This document shows positions 1 to 8,419 of a DNA stretch of 40,682 nt, piece after piece (the stretch's first letter is position 1; each line of letters starts with the position of its first letter). The stretch is from a virus (lineage: Duplodnaviria; Caudoviricetes). The DNA is taken from positions 1-40,682 of IMG/VR virus record IMGVR_UViG_3300030376_003034; one strand, written 5' to 3'. The notes beneath the pieces were generated by a model that did not search any database, was not told where the DNA came from, and saw only the letters and a list, made by a program, of their open reading frames with translations. The translations under genes were made by a program, and so were the position numbers.

Positions 1-98
1 ACTCCATACAAATATGCTGTGCCTTGCGCTATATCACCATATCCAAAATAAAACTTTATACCTCTAATTGCATCACTGGCAGCCTGCTGATAAATATC
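1..98. repeat. Terminal direct repeat, copy 1 (assembly overlap of a circular or terminally redundant genome)
   Basis: 1-98 is identical to 40583-40680; joining the ends keeps the tail-fibre reading frame intact. Confidence 0.95.
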
Positions 99-2549
99 AA
101 AGCCAGCATTGAAGTAACCAGCCTCCGCATAACCTCCATTGCTGCTGAATTCAACGTATTGTCCGAAGATTTGTGGTGGCACTTGGTTGCTATCGTCAGT
201 GTAGTTTCTGCCAACCAACCTACTAACAAGCCTTATTCCCTCATGGCTGGCATGACCGACACTATTGCCAACCTTCATATAGCTATGATTAGGGTCTTGA
301 ACTGGAGAAGTGTTATCATTGCCCCTTGCATATGTATATTGATAGTGGCTGCTTGAAATCTCATTACCGCTGGTATCCAAGAACCTAATTCGCAACTCAT
401 CGTTATCGGTGTTTGGATGCAAGTGCAGAACAATATCAAACGTATCAAACTCAGCTGGTAAGTTATCAAAGGTTATTGAAGTAGTATTTGAGGTTATGTT
501 TACTGTTGATAAAGCTACATAACCAAGCGTTCCAGAAGCATTAGGAAGTAAGACCGTTCTATCACCTGTTGGGTCTTCAACATTCAAAGTTGTTTCATAG
601 GCATCGGCTGTAGCGCCTTCAAACGAAACGCCACCAGATATGAGAATATCACCAGTAACTTCAACACCATTGCCGTAGGTACTTAGCTTAGTTGAGCCAC
701 TATTAGTTAATTGGTCTACTTGTGTGAGATTTGTCAAAGCAGAGCCATCAATAGCTGGCAACACTGATGGAAAACGAGCGTCTGGAATAGTGCCAGAGGT
801 CATACTCGTAGCACTGAATGACAGAAGAGAAAACGTGCCGTAGCCAACAATATCAACAGTATCGTTCAAAGACGCACCAGAAGCTAAAACTACTGAGGTA
901 CCGTTTGTTGCTGTGAAATCGGTGCCATTAATGAGTTTAATACCATTAAGATACACATCTAAGAAGCCAGCATCATACTCTGCCGCAAATGTAGTTTGCC
1001 CTGCGGTTGCTGTGTACGTTTGACGTTGTGAAGTACCGTTTAGAGTACCCGTGGCAATCACAAAGTTGTTTCCATTGTAAACTCGCATCAAGCCTAAACC
1101 TGACGTGTCGAACCACAAATCACCAGTATTTGGATTGGATGGGGCTGAGCTGCCTACCTGATAACGCTGTGCAAAGCCGTTTATCTGTGACAGATTACTG
1201 CTGCTTGCAAGTGTGTTTATGTTTGCAATATTAGTTGAATCGGCAACAGTAGTAATATTTGACAAGTTAGTGCTATCAGCAACTGTGGTAATATTTGCCA
1301 AGTTGGTCGCATTAGCTACAGTTCCAATGGTATCCGTACCAGTGATGTTTGCAGCTACGTTTCCTATATCGGTCGCATCCCCAGCAACTGCTGTGATGTT
1401 CGCTAGGTTCGTTGCGTTAGCTACTGTGTTGACTGAGGTGATGTTGGATGCCACCAGAGACAGGTTACTGTTCACCACTGATATTGTGTTGCCCATACCA
1501 TTGCCATGCACTGTGCAGTAGTACAGCAGTGACGAAGGTGCGTTGCTTGCCACATCTATTGTCACTGTTGCGCCAGCCTGACCAGCTGTGCCTGAGACGG
1601 TAACGCCTGTGGTGTAGCTGCTGCTGCCTTCTTTAAAGGCCAAGGGATGACCGGAGACACTGGAATCTGCAACATTGAATATGTACGTGTTGCCCCTATC
1701 AAGGGTCAGTGTCGGATTGGCTACACCATCTATATAAAAGACCCCATTTGCAACAGTAACTGCAAAAGTGGTACTCACACCAATTGCGTTAACAAGCGCA
1801 TTAATACCAGTGATATTTGAAGCTATCGTATTGATGTTTGTCTGCTCACTGGATGATGGCTTTACGTCTTCCCATGCACTTCCTGAATACGCTCTGATGC
1901 CACTACCTGTCTTGTAGTACAAGTCACCAACATCTAGTCCAGTCGTTGGGTCAGACGCAGCTGCACCATGATACTGACCTGTGAACGTGGCTAGGGCATT
2001 TGCTGCTTCTGTTGAGTAATGCAAAGCTGAATAACCAGTGGTTTGCCCATCTGAGAGCGTAAACTGAGTATTGTGTGCTGTAATTGCAAGCTTCTCTGCA
2101 TCAGCAGCATCATCAGCTGCGTCTCCTGCGGATGAGGCTGCATTAGTTTCTGAGGTCGATGCAAGTGACTGTGCAGATTCAGCTGCAGTCTTAGCAGCTA
2201 GTGCCTTAGCGTTGTAATGCAATGCAGAGAAGCCAGTAGTCACACCATCAGTGAGTGTAAACTGGCTGTCTTCAGCTTGCGCTGCCAGCTTCTGTGCATC
2301 GTCTCTGTGGTTTTGCGCTGTGTTACGAGCAGTCTCAGCCTGTGTTTTGGCTGTTTGCGCTTCAGTCTTTTCGTCTTCAGCCTTGGCATTGTGATGCAGA
2401 GCAGAGAAGCCTGTTGCTCCAGTGGACAGAGTAAATTGGCTGTCCTCTGGGTTTGTAGCTAGTTTCTCTGCATCTGCAGCGGCGTCAGAGACAGAGCGTT
2501 CTAGGGTCTGGCTAGTACCTGAGCTTGTGTAAAATGAACTGTTAGACAT
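1..2549 (-). CDS. Long tail fibre / receptor-binding protein, about 853 aa; continues across the window junction to its stop at 40570
   Basis: Not in the ORF track. Hand translation from ATG 2549: MSNSSFYTSSGTSQ...; Ala/Thr/Asn-rich repeats, GDLYY and GDLWFD motifs, TYTATAGQTTF..DVYLNG motif; ends ...YLYGVRNA* at 40570; followed by a tail assembly chaperone gene. Confidence 0.85.
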   Translation of the reverse strand, partial: MSNSSFYTSSGTSQTLERSVSDAAADAEKLATNPEDSQFTLSTGATGFSALHHNAKAEDEKTEAQTAKTQAETARNTAQNHRDDAQKLAAQAEDSQFTLTDGVTTGFSALHYNAKALAAKTAAESAQSLASTSETNAASSAGDAADDAADAEKLAITAHNTQFTLSDGQTTGYSALHYSTEAANALATFTGQYHGAAASDPTTGLDVGDLYYKTGSGIRAYSGSAWEDVKPSSSEQTNINTIASNITGINALVNAIGVSTTFAVTVANGVFYIDGVANPTLTLDRGNTYIFNVADSSVSGHPLAFKEGSSSYTTGVTVSGTAGQAGATVTIDVASNAPSSLLYYCTVHGNGMGNTISVVNSNLSLVASNITSVNTVANATNLANITAVAGDATDIGNVAANITGTDTIGTVANATNLANITTVADSTNLSNITTVADSTNIANINTLASSSNLSQINGFAQRYQVGSSAPSNPNTGDLWFDTSGLGLMRVYNGNNFVIATGTLNGTSQRQTYTATAGQTTFAAEYDAGFLDVYLNGIKLINGTDFTATNGTSVVLASGASLNDTVDIVGYGTFSLLSFSATSMTSGTIPDARFPSVLPAIDGSALTNLTQVDQLTNSGSTKLSTYGNGVEVTGDILISGGVSFEGATADAYETTLNVEDPTGDRTVLLPNASGTLGYVALSTVNITSNTTSITFDNLPAEFDTFDIVLHLHPNTDNDELRIRFLDTSGNEISSSHYQYTYARGNDNTSPVQDPNHSYMKVGNSVGHASHEGIRLVSRLVGRNYTDDSNQVPPQIFGQYVEFSSNGGYAEAGYFNAGFDIYQQAASDAIRGIKFYFGYGDIAQGTAYLYG

Positions 2550-2554
2550 TTCTA

Positions 2555-3163
2555 TTATTCCCCAAAGCGGTATGCTGGTTCGATGGACTGGGTACCACCA
2601 TTTAGTTCTTGATCGTTTGACTGTTCCTGCAGCTCACTTAGAAACATATTGTACTTGTCCTCGAAGATGGACCCACGTTCATCCAAGTAGAAATCTGCCG
2701 CATATGTGAGCGCAGCATAGGTTACAAGGTCAGACGCTATTGTGGTTAGGTCGTTTTCATCAGCATCATTAACCAAAGCAGGAAAGTCACTGTAGTAGTA
2801 CAAGGTCAGTGTTCCAGTAGTTGGCTGAGGATGAAGCAGTAGCCGCTGTTGTTCTCTCGTGAACATTTGCGGTGTGCCAGTTGTTACATTGTCTTGGAGC
2901 TCTCTGTACCTGTTCATTGTTACACGGGTGAGCTCATGTTGATTCATATACAGAGATATTATCTCTAAAAAGTCATTAGGCAGGATTACAGAAGCTGTCT
3001 GAGAACTAAGACTATAATCAGCTTTCTTCTCGTTAATGGGTATACGCAGCTGCCTTGTAATCCTTTTGATGCCTTGGTCAATGAAGGTTGTAGTGAGGGC
3101 TGCGGTGATATCACTGCGATTCAACAGAGCCTCGAAGTGTGTTTTTAAATCACCGTAGTTCAT
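2555..3163 (-). CDS. Head-to-tail adaptor protein (putative)
   Basis: 202 aa; 'LPNDFLEI', 'GTPQMFT', 'LHPQP' pattern typical of podovirus adaptor proteins; lies between capsid and tail fibre. Confidence 0.65.
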   Translation of the reverse strand: MNYGDLKTHFEALLNRSDITAALTTTFIDQGIKRITRQLRIPINEKKADYSLSSQTASVILPNDFLEIISLYMNQHELTRVTMNRYRELQDNVTTGTPQMFTREQQRLLLHPQPTTGTLTLYYYSDFPALVNDADENDLTTIASDLVTYAALTYAADFYLDERGSIFEDKYNMFLSELQEQSNDQELNGGTQSIEPAYRFGE

Positions 3164-3165
3164 GA

Positions 3166-3339
3166 CTAAGCCCCTCTAGTTTTCTTCTTTGCTTTTGGTT
3201 TAGTTGCAGTCAGGGCTGCTTTTCTAAATGCTTTTGCTGTAGGTGCACCCTTGGTGCCTACCCTCCGCATCTTTTCACCTGAGCCAGCTTTAATTCTAGC
3301 TCTCTTCTTATGGATGTTGTCATATAGTCCCTGACCCAT
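3166..3339 (-). CDS. Small Lys/Arg-rich hypothetical protein (57 aa)
   Basis: MGQGLYDNIHKKRARIKAGSGEKMRR...; ATG at 3339 preferred over the track's start at 3357. Confidence 0.7.
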   Translation of the reverse strand: MGQGLYDNIHKKRARIKAGSGEKMRRVGTKGAPTAKAFRKAALTATKPKAKKKTRGA

Positions 3340-3340
3340 A

Positions 3341-3382
3341 TCAATATCCCCTTCCACCCTTTTTCTTTGTTTTCTTCGCCAT
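3341..3382 (-). CDS. Putative 13-aa basic micro-protein MAKKTKKKGGRGY
   Basis: ATG overlaps the upstream stop (TAATG); the ORF fills the gap, ending 1 nt before the next ATG; composition matches the neighbours. Confidence 0.5.
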   Translation of the reverse strand: MAKKTKKKGGRGY

Positions 3383-3612
3383 TAACTTCTCCTGCTTTTC
3401 TTACCTGAGCATTTCCATTTCTTACGTGACAGCCTCAGTGGGCTGTTAGGGTCTCTGGCAGCAGCTGGGTGCTTCTTCATCTGTCCATATGACCGTGCAC
3501 AATAGCTGTCACCTTTCTTAGTACTAGGGGCTATGGTGTAACCCTTCGCACCATATCTGACTGTTCTGTTGCCAACCTTCTTGCTGTATTTCTTAGGGCC
3601 GGTGTATGGCAC
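3382..3612 (-). CDS. Small basic protein, DUF6321-like
   Basis: 76 aa; 'SYCARS.G...DPNS.....RKKWKC' motif recognised from marine phage proteins. Confidence 0.65.
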   Translation of the reverse strand: MPYTGPKKYSKKVGNRTVRYGAKGYTIAPSTKKGDSYCARSYGQMKKHPAAARDPNSPLRLSRKKWKCSGKKSRRS

Positions 3613-3929
3613 TACAATCTCTTCTCTGTAGCTAAGAACCCATCTAGGTTTTCTTCTTTGAGCTTTTTAACAATCTGGGCTGGTGTGATGTTCCTGTCAG
3701 TCAGGATATCGAAGCCTTCGCGCATCCATTTTTCAACGACAACAGTCGGGATAGATGCCAGCTTCATAAACTCACCCTCTCTGGTTTGCGTACTATTGTG
3801 ACGCATGTCAGCTAGGTTCTTGAGGAAGCTATCGGGAATATGTTGGGTGTGCTTGCGGTGGATACCGTCTGCATCATCATGGAACGTGGTATCAATGCCA
3901 ATCAAGTCTGGTTGGTTCTTGTCTGGCAT
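3612..3929 (-). CDS. Hypothetical virion-associated protein (105 aa)
   Basis: 'ASIPTVVVEKW' motif; post-capsid position; abuts both neighbours. Confidence 0.7.
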   Translation of the reverse strand: MPDKNQPDLIGIDTTFHDDADGIHRKHTQHIPDSFLKNLADMRHNSTQTREGEFMKLASIPTVVVEKWMREGFDILTDRNITPAQIVKKLKEENLDGFLATEKRL

Positions 3930-3930
3930 A

Positions 3931-4083
3931 CTACTTCCCCACCTTTTTCATTGCGTCTGCATGTGATTGATTGAATGTCTTTCCGTTTCGCATTGCTTTA
4001 CGCATTTCAGACATATGCCTTGCTGTATGATGGACGCTATGCCTTTTTAGTGCGTCTTCCTGACGCTTAGTAAGTTTCTTCAT
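3931..4083 (-). CDS. Small His/Lys-rich hypothetical protein (50 aa)
   Basis: Not in the ORF track; MKKLTKRQEDALKRHSVHHTARHMSEMRKAMRNGKTFNQSHADAMKKVGK*; AAGGA RBS upstream; stop 1 nt before the next start. Confidence 0.7.
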   Translation of the reverse strand: MKKLTKRQEDALKRHSVHHTARHMSEMRKAMRNGKTFNQSHADAMKKVGK

Positions 4084-4105
4084 CGTCTAATCTTCCTTGG
4101 AGTGA

Positions 4106-4150
4106 TGGTGACAGCCTCAGTAAGGAGAGCAAAACCTGAGACTGCCACCA
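4106..4150 (-). promoter_or_regulatory. Stem-loop after the capsid gene (15-bp stem, 15-nt loop GUUUUGCUCUCCUUA)
   Basis: TGGTGGCAGTCTCAG pairs with CTGAGGCTGTCACCA, including two G-U pairs; no U-tail follows. Confidence 0.7.
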
Positions 4151-4162
4151 ATTAGTTAGAAC

Positions 4163-5047
4163 TTAGGACAAGCCGGTAAGCATACCGTCTGCGCTGAAGT
4201 TCATGTGCTTCAGTGAGTATTCACCCACTACAGCATGAACAGAGCTGTCACTAGTCTTAGCCAACAGTTCACGAGTGAACGGACGTAAGACCATTGAACG
4301 CCACATTGATGGGTCAATGAGGAACGCATGTGTGGTCAGCTGGTTACGGTTAAGGGTCACGCGAAGTTCACCAAAACTGGACACATACAGGTCGATTACA
4401 TTTACCAATGCAGTGCCTGTATCAAAGTCACGAGTACGCCCAGATGATGCAGCAAAGCCTGACACGATAGTTGCGTCAGCTGGCTTAATCATAAGTACGC
4501 TTGGGTCTGACCCGTTATCGTAGCAGTCCTCATGCAACTCAAGAAGTTTTGCCTCTGTCATTGCGTCAGTTGCATTGCTTCCTGCATCTACAGATGTAGA
4601 AATCTGCTGAGTGGCTGAAGCCATCTCACGAGCTGTTGATGAATCACCAGTTACAGCTGCGTTATCAACACCAACATAAGCAAACTCTAAGTCTTTCTTT
4701 ATGGCTTTCAAAGTTTTAGACAGCTGATATGCGGTCTCTTTTGCACGCCCGTAAAGCGCTATGGAGTCTGCTGTCGCAGTCACTTCAAAAGTTTCCGATA
4801 GTATCTGTGTGTTGTTAGTACGCATTGTTGTTGGTGATGTCGTACCTGCAGAGAAAGATGCACCTTCAACCTTTGCATTACCTGCACCGGCCCTGATAGC
4901 ATCTTCTTGCCATTCAAATACGCGAGCTGCACACTTCTCCTGTTTGATTAGTGTGGTAAAAGGTGTCTCGGTCGGGCTGATTGAAGTGATGATCGGACTG
5001 ACATCTTCTTTAATGCCGATTTGATCATAAGTTGTAAATTGAGCCAT
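4163..5047 (-). CDS. Major capsid protein (DUF5309 / SU10-MCP-like)
   Basis: 294 aa; 'KEDVS.II..ISP.ETPF', 'FEWQED', 'NNTQI', 'KKDLE' motifs; follows the scaffold gene. Confidence 0.85.
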   Translation of the reverse strand: MAQFTTYDQIGIKEDVSPIITSISPTETPFTTLIKQEKCAARVFEWQEDAIRAGAGNAKVEGASFSAGTTSPTTMRTNNTQILSETFEVTATADSIALYGRAKETAYQLSKTLKAIKKDLEFAYVGVDNAAVTGDSSTAREMASATQQISTSVDAGSNATDAMTEAKLLELHEDCYDNGSDPSVLMIKPADATIVSGFAASSGRTRDFDTGTALVNVIDLYVSSFGELRVTLNRNQLTTHAFLIDPSMWRSMVLRPFTRELLAKTSDSSVHAVVGEYSLKHMNFSADGMLTGLS

Positions 5048-5079
5048 TGGATAAATCCTTCCTAATTAAGGCTGTTGGG

Positions 5080-6102
5080 TTATTGTTCCCAGCGCGACAT
5101 AATTAGAGCTACTGCATCATCTGGGTCAGAACTGTTGGCAGCTTTTGCTGCAAGTTCCTTTTCCTTCTGAGAACGCACGGCCTGTTTAGTGGGTGGTGCT
5201 TTCTTAGATTTGAGTACACGTTTCTGAGGTTTAAGCTTTTTAGTTGTAGCCACCTGCTTACCTTGGTCATACATCATGCTCTTGTGCAAAATCTGTATGA
5301 CCACAGGGTCTACGTACTGATCTACTTGTTCCTGTGGTAGTCCCTGACCTACAGCATACGCCCTGATATCGTTGTACAGGTTGTTGCTCCAGTTAGGTAC
5401 TTCCTGCTGCAGTACTTTTACGGCTTCAGATGCTTGTTGCTGCAGGTTTGCTTGCTGCTGCTTCTTCATTTCACCATAAAAGTTATCTGCCTCTTCAGTT
5501 AAGAACTTGAGGTTGTCATTTGCCTCTTTAGCTTCCTTACGAAGCTGGGCAAAATCAGCATCATCTAGCTGCTTACTAGCTAACATCATATCGACTTCTT
5601 GATATGGCTTAGCTCGCTCTTGAGCTTGTTCTAACATCCGTTGCAGTACTGTGTGTGTTTTCTCAATAGATGATTCAGCTTCTTTTCTTAGTCGAGCTGT
5701 TTCTTGAGACTTGCGAGTAAGAGACTGTTCTTGACCATGCAGACGCTTAAGAGAAGCGATACTAGCTTGCTGAGTTTCACCATCGACTACAATCTCAACG
5801 AGTGCATCATCTGACAGCTCTTGCTGCTCAATGACTTCATTGTCCTCGTCTGGTTCTTCTTCAGCTTCATCTTCTTCTAGGTCGCTTTCACTTTCGGCTT
5901 CTTCATCCTCAAGTTCTTCCTCTTCAATCACCTGTTCCTGCTCTGTCTCTTCGAGCTGGTCGGGTGTCGCCTCTGCCTCGTTTTCAGATACCTCTTTCTG
6001 AGGGTCTTCCCAACGCTGTAGAATGGCTGCTTCAGCATCTACCTGCCCGAAAGCATCCAATGGTAGTTCCTGCTGTACTGAGGGTTGTGTTTGGTCGCTC
6101 AT
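5080..6102 (-). CDS. Capsid scaffolding protein
   Basis: 340 aa; very acidic N-terminus, 'VVDGE', 'LTRKSQE', coiled coil and basic C-terminus; lies between portal and capsid. Confidence 0.75.
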   Translation of the reverse strand: MSDQTQPSVQQELPLDAFGQVDAEAAILQRWEDPQKEVSENEAEATPDQLEETEQEQVIEEEELEDEEAESESDLEEDEAEEEPDEDNEVIEQQELSDDALVEIVVDGETQQASIASLKRLHGQEQSLTRKSQETARLRKEAESSIEKTHTVLQRMLEQAQERAKPYQEVDMMLASKQLDDADFAQLRKEAKEANDNLKFLTEEADNFYGEMKKQQQANLQQQASEAVKVLQQEVPNWSNNLYNDIRAYAVGQGLPQEQVDQYVDPVVIQILHKSMMYDQGKQVATTKKLKPQKRVLKSKKAPPTKQAVRSQKEKELAAKAANSSDPDDAVALIMSRWEQ

Positions 6103-6109
6103 TGTAGAC

Positions 6110-6373
6110 CTACTCCTCTTCGTTGTTGTTACGGTTCATAATGTTATCCTTCACAGCCACGCTCTGTTGTAGTGTCTGGTGGATATCGACTAGGCCGCGA
6201 TACTGGTAAAACAGTTTCTCACGTTCCTTAGTTTCCTCTGGCTTCGAGTTGACGAAGGACTGAAAGGCTTGCTCAACGAGCTTATTCGTAACTGTAGCGA
6301 ATATCTCATTGCTGAGGAGCTGTTCAGCCTGTTCGCCCTCTCGTACCAGTTGCTCTTCTTTAGGGTCGGACAT
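6110..6373 (-). CDS. Hypothetical protein between portal and scaffold (87 aa)
   Basis: AAGGAG RBS; tightly packed with neighbours. Confidence 0.7.
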   Translation of the reverse strand: MSDPKEEQLVREGEQAEQLLSNEIFATVTNKLVEQAFQSFVNSKPEETKEREKLFYQYRGLVDIHQTLQQSVAVKDNIMNRNNNEEE

Positions 6374-6382
6374 GGTCTCTCC

Positions 6383-8416
6383 TTATCCTGTTGGTGATAC
6401 AATCCCACGCTTATCTTCGGTGGTCTTGAGTATTTCCAGCTCGCCCTCATCAATGAATTGCTTATGAGCAAACTGTGCTTCTTTGAGGTCCATAGTGTCG
6501 GACGCCAAAGCGTGTTGTGCCTGTGCTTTGAGCTGTTCGAGCTCTAGCTTCATGGCAGCAATCTCTGTCTCTGTTTGTAATTTCATTTCAGCTACGGCTG
6601 TCTGACGCTCGTTAATCTCAAGCTGCTTCATCGCCATCTGCTGCTGCATCTGTTGTGCAGGGTCAGGCTGCGGTGGTGGCAGCTGGTCAGGCCGTGTGAT
6701 GTAATCGTCTACATTCACAATATCCTGCTTCTCCAGTACAGCTTTCATTAGCTTGTATCTGTTCTCTGGTGTGTAGAATGGTTGTAGCGCAGGGTCCTGA
6801 CTAAACAGCTGGTGTACTGCAAGGTACTTAGCTGCTTCACGCTCTTGTTCGCCATAGCCTAACTTAAGCTCGACTATGACATCACGTTTATCTTCCCAGC
6901 TGGATGGTTGTATTTCTACATAGTTGCCGGCAAGCTCTACTACTTTTGTCTGGTCCTCGTTCTCAACCACAAGCCTGTACACTTCATGGAACAAAGGCTT
7001 GAGGAACTGATTGCTAAAATTACGAGCTATAATCTTCTGCCGCTGCTGTGACATTGTAGCCAGCTGCTCAATCATGGCAGAACTATTTTGCTTGCTTATA
7101 GCATCCTTATTTAAGCCCTTACTAAGAGAGCTAATACCACTGGTGTCTTCAGCGTCATCTTCTAGAAGCTGCAGAGTTTGGAACACAAACGGGTTTAGTG
7201 ATGCTTGTGGCAACGGGGCTATAGCGTCAGCTCTGGTGACATTCACCAAGCCCCCTATTTTATTATTGCTGAGCTCGCGAGGATTTGTTAAGCCGCCCTT
7301 AGTAACCATATAGCGAGGGTTATTAGTTATAACTGCATGGTCCAAGATGCTGCGTGTTAGTACTGAACGAGCATTCTGTGTTGGTATCAACTTATCTGCG
7401 AAGTTGGCACCGTAGAAACTGTGTGGAATTGGAATAGGTGTGAATACGCAGAAAGGCATTCTGTCAACTTCATACATATCCAATAGCGCATTACCGGCCT
7501 TACATACTTTATGCAGCCGTGCATAGCCTGTTCCGTCTGGGTCCAGCATGATGTAGCACTCATACACCATAACGCTGCGTACTTGGTCCTGATAACCCTT
7601 GGCATTGAAACCACGGTCTGCGCCTATTTCATCATGACGAGCGAGTACCTCAGGGTCTGTCTCCATCTCAACGTCACTGTGGTCATCACCTATCTCAGCT
7701 ATCAGCTCTTCGCTGTAACCCATCTCACGCAGCTCAGTGATTGTCTTGCGCTCTCTGTGTGCACAGAAGTTCACGTTATCCAAGCTAGATGCCTGTGGCT
7801 CAACTATAAAACTCTCAGGAGCCATGCTTTCGATGACTACTTGGCTTTTATTTACCTCCACAGACACCATACCGCTGATAAGACCTATCTCATCAGTCTC
7901 GCTGTCCTCTAGCTCTATGCCATCCTCAGACAGCAGCATGTCGAGCTCATCCTGTGTGACACGTTCAAACTCTCTAGATTCATACTCAGTGCGCTGGTCC
8001 CAGTACACTTTGGCTATGCCGCAACGTGCTACAAGTCCATCGTGAATCACATCTGACATCACAGAGTAAGCATCATTTTGTCTGAACATGACGTAGTCTG
8101 TGTATTCTGAGCAGACCTTTGCGGTCTCCACGTCATTAGCATTTTGTGGAGCAAACTCAACTATACGTCTGCCGGCTGAGAAGGTTTCCAGCAGCGCAGC
8201 TTTCATACTGTTTACTGCGTCATATACATCCTGACTAACATACTTGCTGTTGCCATCATGAGTTGGTTTAGGTAGGGCTGCGTTATAGTATTCTGTTACA
8301 CGCTCACGTTCCACTGATAGCTGGCTATCGTAGTAACCTACAGACCGTGATATATTGTTCTCGACAATCGACACAACCTGTTTATCGTCTAATGGTTTGT
8401 AATCTTCTATAGCCAT
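6383..8416 (-). CDS. Portal protein (P22/SU10-like, long C-terminal coiled coil)
   Basis: 677 aa; 'SKYVSQDV.DAV', 'G.AKVYWD', 'PIPIPHSFYG'; directly after terL. Confidence 0.85.
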   Translation of the reverse strand: MAIEDYKPLDDKQVVSIVENNISRSVGYYDSQLSVERERVTEYYNAALPKPTHDGNSKYVSQDVYDAVNSMKAALLETFSAGRRIVEFAPQNANDVETAKVCSEYTDYVMFRQNDAYSVMSDVIHDGLVARCGIAKVYWDQRTEYESREFERVTQDELDMLLSEDGIELEDSETDEIGLISGMVSVEVNKSQVVIESMAPESFIVEPQASSLDNVNFCAHRERKTITELREMGYSEELIAEIGDDHSDVEMETDPEVLARHDEIGADRGFNAKGYQDQVRSVMVYECYIMLDPDGTGYARLHKVCKAGNALLDMYEVDRMPFCVFTPIPIPHSFYGANFADKLIPTQNARSVLTRSILDHAVITNNPRYMVTKGGLTNPRELSNNKIGGLVNVTRADAIAPLPQASLNPFVFQTLQLLEDDAEDTSGISSLSKGLNKDAISKQNSSAMIEQLATMSQQRQKIIARNFSNQFLKPLFHEVYRLVVENEDQTKVVELAGNYVEIQPSSWEDKRDVIVELKLGYGEQEREAAKYLAVHQLFSQDPALQPFYTPENRYKLMKAVLEKQDIVNVDDYITRPDQLPPPQPDPAQQMQQQMAMKQLEINERQTAVAEMKLQTETEIAAMKLELEQLKAQAQHALASDTMDLKEAQFAHKQFIDEGELEILKTTEDKRGIVSPTG

Positions 8417-8419
8417 GTT

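Noticed and set aside
1-98. 98-bp end repeat as a biological terminal repeat
   Set aside because: It sits in the middle of the tail-fibre coding sequence, as expected for an assembler overlap; the last two bases diverge
4163-4200. T7 gp10B-style frameshift extension of the capsid
   Set aside because: No slippery site seen near the stop, and further stops and a hairpin follow immediately
6190-6471. 93-aa alternate-frame ORF, and similar nested minus-strand ORFs at 7387, 8758, 9391, 11612, 13565, 19094, 34541, 36489, 39356 and 39953
   Set aside because: Nested out of frame in conserved genes, with no RBS or motif noticed
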